From positions 64,001 to 128,000 of the forward strand of contig CAVSIV010000006.1 of assembly GCA_963728205.1 (NCBI GenBank): a DNA stretch of 64,000 nt. The letters are read 5' to 3'. Shown here piece after piece: positions 57,564 to 64,000 of this stretch; position 1 is the stretch's first letter; every line of letters begins with the position of its first letter. A program made the translations under genes and the position numbers. Under the pieces are notes generated by a model. That model did no database searches. It was not told the DNA's origin and saw only the letters and a list, made by a program, of their open reading frames with translations. The DNA comes from an uncultured Chloroflexia bacterium (GTDB lineage: Bacteria; Chloroflexota; Dehalococcoidia; UBA2979).

Positions 57564-57592
57564 ATTATACACCCGGGAGCAACCCTCTGCAC
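57564..57592 (-). promoter_or_regulatory. Sigma70-type promoter of the orphan transcript
   Basis: GTGCAG (57592-57587), 17 bp, consensus TATAAT (57569-57564). Confidence 0.7.
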
Positions 57593-57621
57593 GTCGATTT
57601 GCCGCCCCCCGGCGCCCGCGA

Positions 57622-60018
57622 TCAGGCCTCGGCCTCGAGCACCAGGGCGGTCGTCCGCAGCACGGCGTCGGGGTTCAGCGAGATGCTGTCGATGCCCTGC
57701 TCGACGAGGAACCGCGCGAACTCCGGGTAGTCCGACGGCGCCTCCCCGCAGATGCCGATCTTGCGCCCGGCCGCGTGCGCCGCGCGGATCACCTGCGCGA
57801 TCAGCGCCTCCACGGCCGGGTCCCGCTCGTCGAACAACGGCGCCACGATCTCCGAGTCGCGATCGACGCCGAGCGTGAGCTGCGTGAGGTCGTTCGACCC
57901 GATCGAGAAGCCGTCGAAGATCTCCGCGAACGCCTCCGCCTGGATCACGTTGCTCGGCAGCTCGCACATCACGTAGAGCTCGAGCCCGGTCTCGCCGCGA
58001 CGCAGCCCGTTGCGCGCCAGCTCCGCCTCCACGCGCCGTGCCTCCTCCACCGTGCGGCAGAACGGCACCATCACCTTCACGTTCACGAGTCCCATGTCCT
58101 CGCGCACGCGCTGCAGCGCGCGGCATTCGAGCGCGAAGCCGTCGCGGTAGCGCTCGTGGTAGTAGCGCGACGCCCCGCGGAACCCGAGCATCGGGTTCTC
58201 CTCGACCGGCTCGAACGCGCGCCCGCCCAGCAGGTTCGCGTACTCGTTCGACTTGAAGTCGCTGAGCCGGACGATGACGTCGCGCGGGTAGAACGCCGCC
58301 GCGATCATCGCGATGCCCTCGGCCAGCCGCTCGACGAAGAACGCCGGCTTATCGCGGTAGCCGGCCGTGCGCGCGTCGATCGCGGCGCGCACCTCGGGCG
58401 CCAGCTCGTCGTAGTGCAGCAGCGCGAGCGGGTGGATCCCGATCGCGTGGTTGATGATGAACTCCTCGCGCGCGAGGCCGACGCCGTCGTTCGGCAGCAT
58501 CGCGAGGCGGAACGCCTCGGACGGGTCAGCGACGTTCATCATGATCTTCGTGCGCGGGCGGCGCAGGTCACGCACATCGACGCGCTCGACGTCGAAGGCG
58601 AGCGCGCCATCGTAGACCGCGCCGACGTCGCCCGCGGCGCAGCTCACCGTCACCTTCTGGCCGTCGCGCAGCACCTCGGTCGCATGCTCGCAGCCGACCA
58701 CCGCGGGCCGCCCGATCTCGCGGCTCACGATCGCGGCATGGCACGTGCGCCCGCCGCGGTTGGTGACGACCGCCGACGCGATCTTCATCACCGGCTCCCA
58801 GTCGGGGTCCGTACGGTCGGCGACGAGCACCTCGCCCGGCCGGAAGCTCGGCAGCTCGTCGAGCGAGCGGATCACGTGCACCGGCCCCGCGCCGATCTTC
58901 GAGCCGACCGCCTCGCCGGTGACGAGGACGGGCCCGGTCTCCTGCAGCCGGTACGTCTCGAGCACGGCCGCATCGCGTCGCGACTGCACGGTCTCGGGCC
59001 GCGCCTGCACGACGAACAGCTCGCCGGTCGCGCCGTCCTTCGCCCACTCGATGTCCATCGGCGTGTGGCGGCCGTGGCGCGCGCTGAAGTGATCCTCGAT
59101 GGCCACCGCCCAGCGGGCGAGCTGCAGCACGTCGTCGTCGTCGATCGCGAAGCGCGCGCGCTCGGCGTCGTCGACGCGGACGTTGCGCGTGGTGCGCCCG
59201 CCCGTGTCGTAGACCATGCGCAGCTCCTTGGTGCCAAGCTGCCGGCGCAGGATCGGCCGCTTGCCCTCCGCGAGGGTGGGCTTGAAGACGTAGAACTCGT
59301 CGGGGTTCACGGCGCCCTGCACGACGTTCTCGCCGAGGCCGTAGGCCGCGCTGATCAGCACGACGTCGGGGAACCCCGTCTCGGTGTCGATCGTGAACGC
59401 GACGCCCGACGCGGCGAGGTCCGAGCGCACCATGCGCTGCACGCCGACCGACAGCGCGACCGCCGTCTGGTCGAACCCGCGCTCCGCGCGGTAGGAGATC
59501 GCGCGGTCCGTGTAGAGCGAGGCGAAGCACCGCCGCACGGCGTCGAGCACCGCGGCGGCGCCGCGGACGTTCAGGTAGGTCTCCTGCTGGCCGGCGAATG
59601 AGGCGTCGGGGAGGTCCTCGGCGGTGGCGCTGCTGCGCACGGCGACATCGACGCCGTGCGGCGCGTCGCCGCTGAGGGCCGCGTAGGCCGCGCGGACGCC
59701 GGCGGCGAGCGTCTCCGGCAGCGGCGCGTCGACAATCGCCTCGCGCAGCGTGAGCGCGCGGTCGCGCAGCCGCCCGACGTCGCGCGGGTCGAGGCCGTCG
59801 AGCAGCTCGTGAACGCGGCGGTCGAGGCCGGCGCCGGACATGAAGCGCCGGAAGGCATCGGCGGTCACCGCGAACCCGTTGGGGACGCGGACGCCGCCGG
59901 CGGCGAGCGCGCGGTAGAGCTCGCCCAGCGCGGCGTTCTTGCCGCCGACGCGCGGGATGTCGTCGATAGTCAGGTCTTCGAACCAGAGGATGTCGGTGCG
60001 TGCGGTGGTGGCGGTCAT
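57622..60018 (-). CDS. ppsA: Phosphoenolpyruvate synthase
   Basis: VGGKNAALGE, AVRSSATAED..ASFAGQQETYLN, DIEWAKDG, GGRTCHAAI phospho-His, NPMLGFRGASRYY, FSIGSNDLTQ. Confidence 0.97.
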   Translation of the reverse strand: MTATTARTDILWFEDLTIDDIPRVGGKNAALGELYRALAAGGVRVPNGFAVTADAFRRFMSGAGLDRRVHELLDGLDPRDVGRLRDRALTLREAIVDAPLPETLAAGVRAAYAALSGDAPHGVDVAVRSSATAEDLPDASFAGQQETYLNVRGAAAVLDAVRRCFASLYTDRAISYRAERGFDQTAVALSVGVQRMVRSDLAASGVAFTIDTETGFPDVVLISAAYGLGENVVQGAVNPDEFYVFKPTLAEGKRPILRRQLGTKELRMVYDTGGRTTRNVRVDDAERARFAIDDDDVLQLARWAVAIEDHFSARHGRHTPMDIEWAKDGATGELFVVQARPETVQSRRDAAVLETYRLQETGPVLVTGEAVGSKIGAGPVHVIRSLDELPSFRPGEVLVADRTDPDWEPVMKIASAVVTNRGGRTCHAAIVSREIGRPAVVGCEHATEVLRDGQKVTVSCAAGDVGAVYDGALAFDVERVDVRDLRRPRTKIMMNVADPSEAFRLAMLPNDGVGLAREEFIINHAIGIHPLALLHYDELAPEVRAAIDARTAGYRDKPAFFVERLAEGIAMIAAAFYPRDVIVRLSDFKSNEYANLLGGRAFEPVEENPMLGFRGASRYYHERYRDGFALECRALQRVREDMGLVNVKVMVPFCRTVEEARRVEAELARNGLRRGETGLELYVMCELPSNVIQAEAFAEIFDGFSIGSNDLTQLTLGVDRDSEIVAPLFDERDPAVEALIAQVIRAAHAAGRKIGICGEAPSDYPEFARFLVEQGIDSISLNPDAVLRTTALVLEAEA

Positions 60019-60330
60019 GCCGTCCTCTTCTCCGGCACGGCAGGTCCGCGCGACGCGGCGGCCAGTCGGGGCCGCCGGCCCGGGGGGGCCGCGCGTGCGG
60101 GTCGTGGGGCGGTATGGCGCATCCCGCCCTGTGGGGCGGGGTCGACGGGTGCGTCGCGGGCGACGCCGCGCGTGTGCAGTGCGTCACGTACAGGATACCC
60201 GCACCACACAGCGAGGATGCGGCGCCGCACCGGCGACCCAGACGGCGGGGGGGCTCAGCCCGGGACGAGGGCCGCGCGCGGAGCGGCGGCCGGCGCACGC
60301 GAGCGGCGCGGGCGCGTAGGCTGGCTCCCG

Positions 60331-60954
60331 ATGCGCAACACCGCCCTGCGTCGCGCGGCCGGCCTCGGCGCCGGCGCCGCCCTGCTCCTCGCGGCGGCGT
60401 GCGGCGGGACGAGCGCGCCCGCGCGCCCCTCGGGCATCACCACCGCGCTGCCCGGCACCGTCGCCGGGCCGCCGGCCGGCGCGGCCGCCGCCGCCACCCC
60501 GACCGTCGACCCCATCTATGCGGCGTGGGCCCGCGACGTCTGCACCGCCACGGCGGGCTTCGACGCCGCGGTCGTCGCCGTGCAGGACGACGTCGACCCG
60601 ACCACGCTCGAGCTGCCCGACCGCGTCGCCCGTGCCGCCCGCCGCTACCAGGCGTACCTCGACGCGCTGCGCCGGACGCAGGCCGCGCTCTCGACCGTGC
60701 TCGCGCCCGCCGACGCGGCGAGCTACGAGCGCGCGCTCGCCGGGCAGGTGACCGAGCTCGAGCACCTCTTCGCCGAACAGCTGCAGGCGCTGCCGACGGC
60801 GACCAGCGGTACCGAGATCGACACGATGACGGCGGACCTGCAGCGGTCCGCCGACAACCTGGCGCAGGGCGTGCGCGCGGCGGCGGGCGCGCTGCCCGAC
60901 GGCGCGCGCGCCGCGCTCAACGCGGCGACCCCCTGTGGCCGGATCCTGGGCTGA
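60331..60954 (+). CDS. Hypothetical helical lipoprotein
   Basis: LAAAC lipobox; WARDVC...C pair; TAGGCT 8 nt upstream. Confidence 0.75.
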   Translation: MRNTALRRAAGLGAGAALLLAAACGGTSAPARPSGITTALPGTVAGPPAGAAAAATPTVDPIYAAWARDVCTATAGFDAAVVAVQDDVDPTTLELPDRVARAARRYQAYLDALRRTQAALSTVLAPADAASYERALAGQVTELEHLFAEQLQALPTATSGTEIDTMTADLQRSADNLAQGVRAAAGALPDGARAALNAATPCGRILG

Positions 60955-60964
60955 GCCGCCCTCC

Positions 60965-61708
60965 TCAGGTCCCGGTCGCGAGCCGCTCGGTGTCGCGGCG
61001 CCAGACGACGTACGAGTACACCACCGCGATGAGCGCCGCGCCGAGGTCCCCGATCATCAGCGCCGCGAACGGCAGCCAGCTCCATCCCGTCGCGAGCGCG
61101 ACGCCCGCCGACGCCACGGTCGCGACGCCGGCGCCGACGAAGAGCCGCCCGGCGAGGCGGTGCGTGAGCCGCCACGACCGCTCGCTGCTCAGCGTCCAGG
61201 GCGTGCGCACGCCGAACATGAAGTTCGACTCCACGCGCCCCAGCACCGCGCCGATGGCGATCGAGACCAGGCCGATCCCCGCCCCCATCACCACGCTCAT
61301 GTCGACCCGGTGCCCGAACGCGCTCGTCACCATCGCGACATGGAGCGCCGCCACGAAGGCGAGCATCGCGACCCACACCACGCGGAACGGCCGGAGCGAA
61401 CGCGCCATGTTCGCCCGTCGCGGCTCGATCAGCGGGATCGCCGCGAACACGCCGATCACGGCGACCGAGATCAGGGGCAGGAGCATCAGCCCCTCGAACT
61501 TGCCGCCGTAACCGTCGGGCTCCCCGTTCACGCCCCAGTGCACGGGGATGCGGTCGCCGGAGACCCGACCCCACGCCCAGGCCGACAGCACGAACATCGC
61601 CGTCAGCACCGCTGCGCTGAGCGTCAGCGGCCCGCGCAGGTCGCGCAGGCGCACGCGCTCCGGCCGGCCGCCGGCGCCGCCGCCGTCCGCGCGCGTCGAG
61701 TGCGTCAC
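60965..61708 (-). CDS. SdpI family immunity membrane protein (DUF1648 + SdpI)
   Basis: IPVHWG.NGEPDGYG; NFMFGVRTPWTLSSE.SW..THR.AG. Confidence 0.9.
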   Translation of the reverse strand: MTHSTRADGGGAGGRPERVRLRDLRGPLTLSAAVLTAMFVLSAWAWGRVSGDRIPVHWGVNGEPDGYGGKFEGLMLLPLISVAVIGVFAAIPLIEPRRANMARSLRPFRVVWVAMLAFVAALHVAMVTSAFGHRVDMSVVMGAGIGLVSIAIGAVLGRVESNFMFGVRTPWTLSSERSWRLTHRLAGRLFVGAGVATVASAGVALATGWSWLPFAALMIGDLGAALIAVVYSYVVWRRDTERLATGT

Positions 61709-61730
61709 CGTCGTGCCCCTTCCCCCCGCC

Positions 61731-63113
61731 TCAGAGCGTCACCGCGTCGCCGTACTCCGGCTCCACGACACGCCCGGCGCCGCCCTCGCGCAGCGCCGCC
61801 GCCAGCGCGTGCGACGCCTCCGCCTCGCCGTGCACGACGAAGATGCGCTGCGGCCACCGCCCCGACCGCGCCCACGCCACGAGCTCGTCGCGGTCCGCGT
61901 GCGCCGAGAACTCCTGCACCTGCTCGATGCGCGCCCGCACGTCGTACTGCCGACCGAGGATCCGCACCGGCCTCTCGCCCTGCACGATGTGCCGCCCCAG
62001 CGTGCCGTGCGCCTGGTAGCCCACGAAGAGGATCGTCGACTCCGGCCGCTCGATGTTCGTCACCAGGTGGTGCTTGATGCGCCCGCCGTTGCACATGCCG
62101 GCGCCCGCGATGATCACGGCGGTGCCGCGGATCTGGTTGATGGCCTTCGACTGCTCGACGCGCCGCACGAAGGTCAGCCCGGGGAACTCGAACGGCGAGT
62201 CGCCGCCGCGAAAGCCCTCGGCCGCCTGCGGCGCCAGCAGCCCGCGGTAGCGCTCGAAGATCTGGGTGACGGACGTCGCCATCGGGCTGTCGACGAACGT
62301 GATCAGCTGCGGGATGCGCGCCGTGCGCACGAGCCGCCCGAGGTGGAACAGCACCTCCTGCGCGCGCTCGACGGCGAACGACGGGATCACGACGTTGCCG
62401 CCGCGCCGCACCGTGTCGAGCACGATGCCCTGCAGCCGCTCCTCAATGTCGCCGCGGGGGTGCAGGCGGTCGCCGTAGGTCGACTCCATGACGAGCGCGT
62501 CGGCGTCGGGCGGCGGCGCGGGGTCGGGCAGCAGCGGCTGGTGCGGCCGGCCGAGGTCGCCGGAGAAGACGACGCTGCCGCCCTCGAAGTCGAGCCGCAC
62601 GATCGCCGAGCCGAGGATGTGGCCGGCCGTGACGAGCTCCGCGCTGACGCCGCGCGCCACACGCTGGCGGTGCCCGTAGCGCAGGCGCTGGAAACGGCGC
62701 GCGACCTGGCGCGCGTCGCGCGCCGTGTAGAGCGGCACCTCCGGGTGCGGCCCGCGCCGGCCCTCGCGCTCATGCCGGCGGCGCTTGAAGTCGGCGTCCT
62801 CCTCCTGGATGTGGCCGGCATCGATCAGGAGCACCTCGGCGATCTCGGCGGTCGCGGGCGTGCAGTAGATGCGGCCGCGGAAGCCCTCCTTCACCAGGCG
62901 CGGGAGGTAGCCGCTGTGGTCGAGGTGCGCGTGGGTGAGGACGACGGCGTCGATGCTGCGCGGGTCGACGGGGAACGGATCCCAGTTGCGCCCGGCAAAC
63001 TCGCGCTCCTGGTAGAGGCCGCAGTCGACGAGGACGCGCGCCGCGTCGGTCTCCACCAGGAAGCGCGATCCGGTGACGTTGCCCGCGGCACCGAGGAAAC
63101 GAATCAATGCCAC
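61731..63113 (-). CDS. MBL-fold beta-CASP ribonuclease
   Basis: FLGAAGNVTGS, THAHLDHSG, AGHILGS, SGDLG, ESTYGDRLH, FSAHAD. Confidence 0.95.
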   Translation of the reverse strand: MALIRFLGAAGNVTGSRFLVETDAARVLVDCGLYQEREFAGRNWDPFPVDPRSIDAVVLTHAHLDHSGYLPRLVKEGFRGRIYCTPATAEIAEVLLIDAGHIQEEDADFKRRRHEREGRRGPHPEVPLYTARDARQVARRFQRLRYGHRQRVARGVSAELVTAGHILGSAIVRLDFEGGSVVFSGDLGRPHQPLLPDPAPPPDADALVMESTYGDRLHPRGDIEERLQGIVLDTVRRGGNVVIPSFAVERAQEVLFHLGRLVRTARIPQLITFVDSPMATSVTQIFERYRGLLAPQAAEGFRGGDSPFEFPGLTFVRRVEQSKAINQIRGTAVIIAGAGMCNGGRIKHHLVTNIERPESTILFVGYQAHGTLGRHIVQGERPVRILGRQYDVRARIEQVQEFSAHADRDELVAWARSGRWPQRIFVVHGEAEASHALAAALREGGAGRVVEPEYGDAVTL

Positions 63114-63138
63114 GGGCCGTCCCTCCGCGCGAGCCGAC

Positions 63139-63999
63139 CTATGCGCCGTGCACCGCGGCCGGCGCCGCCGGCGCGACCGCGCGGCCCGAGCGGCCGCCGG
63201 CGGCGCGCCACGCGACGAGCCCGAGCCCGCCGGCGCCCCACGCCGCGATGAACAGCAGCGCGAAGCCGCCGAGCGGCAGCAGCGCGAACAGCTGCGCGAT
63301 TGCGACGCCGAGCAGCGCCTCGCGATACGGGTGCCCGCCCTCGACGTGCGTCGTGCGCAGCACGAGCGCCCCGAGCAGCGTGCCGAACGTCAGATAGCCC
63401 GCGAATGCCGCGGCCGGCAGCACGAACAGCAGGACGCCGATGCCGACGGGCGCGCCGATCAGCGTGACGATGGCGGCCACCGCCGCGATCGGAACGCCGA
63501 TGAAGAGCACGACCGCCGCGAGGATGCTCGCGCCGGCCCGGTCGGTCATCTCCACCGTCGCCGCACGCAGCTGCCCGCCGCCGATGGCGGCGAACAGCGC
63601 CGCCGCGGCGAGCAGCGCGATCGTCGAGCCGGCCCACATCACGAACCCGAAGACCACCGGCACCCAGCCGAACGTCACGTCGGGCCGCTCGTGGATGGCG
63701 CCCGTGACGGTCGCGCCGGCCGCGCGCTGGATGTCCGCGCGGTACATTGAGACGTTGCGCACGCTCGACCCGGCGGCGAGCGACAGCGTGCCGTTGGCGA
63801 TCACGACGTCGCCCTCGACCGTGCCGCGCACGGTCGCGTCCCCGTCGATCACGATCAGCGCGTCCTGGACGGTGCCCTCGACGATCGCGTTGCCGCGGAT
63901 CACGACGACAGAGCCGACGCGGTCGGTCGCGCCGACGCGCTCGTCGCCGTTGATCTTCAGCGTGAACTGGCGGTCCGCGGTCGCGTCCCTCCCCTGCGC
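63139..63999 (-). CDS. Membrane protein with bactofilin/polymer-forming-like beta-repeat ectodomain (N-terminus beyond window)
   Basis: GxVxGDVV repeats followed by several TM helices; frame stays open to the window end. Confidence 0.75.
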   Translation of the reverse strand, partial: AQGRDATADRQFTLKINGDERVGATDRVGSVVVIRGNAIVEGTVQDALIVIDGDATVRGTVEGDVVIANGTLSLAAGSSVRNVSMYRADIQRAAGATVTGAIHERPDVTFGWVPVVFGFVMWAGSTIALLAAAALFAAIGGGQLRAATVEMTDRAGASILAAVVLFIGVPIAAVAAIVTLIGAPVGIGVLLFVLPAAAFAGYLTFGTLLGALVLRTTHVEGGHPYREALLGVAIAQLFALLPLGGFALLFIAAWGAGGLGLVAWRAAGGRSGRAVAPAAPAAVHGA

Positions 64000-64000
64000 G

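Overview
A very GC-rich, gene-dense bacterial chromosome segment with about 60 CDSs. I found no rRNA, tRNA, CRISPR array, transposase or prophage. Gene content includes CaiB/BaiF CoA-transferases, P450 plus ferredoxin, a BVMO, an F420-type nitroreductase, an LLM oxidoreductase, a MoaD-aldehyde:ferredoxin oxidoreductase pair, many MFS transporters, a class F sortase, a ProVWX/OpuA transporter and PEP synthase. This fits an aerobic heterotrophic monoderm, most plausibly Chloroflexota/Dehalococcoidia; the taxonomy is inference only. The most notable signals are non-coding. (1) An orphan minus-strand transcript at about 57325-57560 has a TATAAT promoter, a multi-hairpin body, a GGA-rich 5' end, two tiny ORFs and its own terminator. 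(2) Several REP/REPIN-like palindrome families are present, including a nested element, a copy with a flipped central loop, and GTAG ends that supply gene stop codons. (3) A 240-nt structured leader precedes the osmoprotectant operon. (4) Many promoters appear leaderless, and several operator palindromes are visible. Two genes carry +1 frameshifts (probably sequence errors) and there are three gene remnants. All product calls come from motifs read by eye; no database searches were run.
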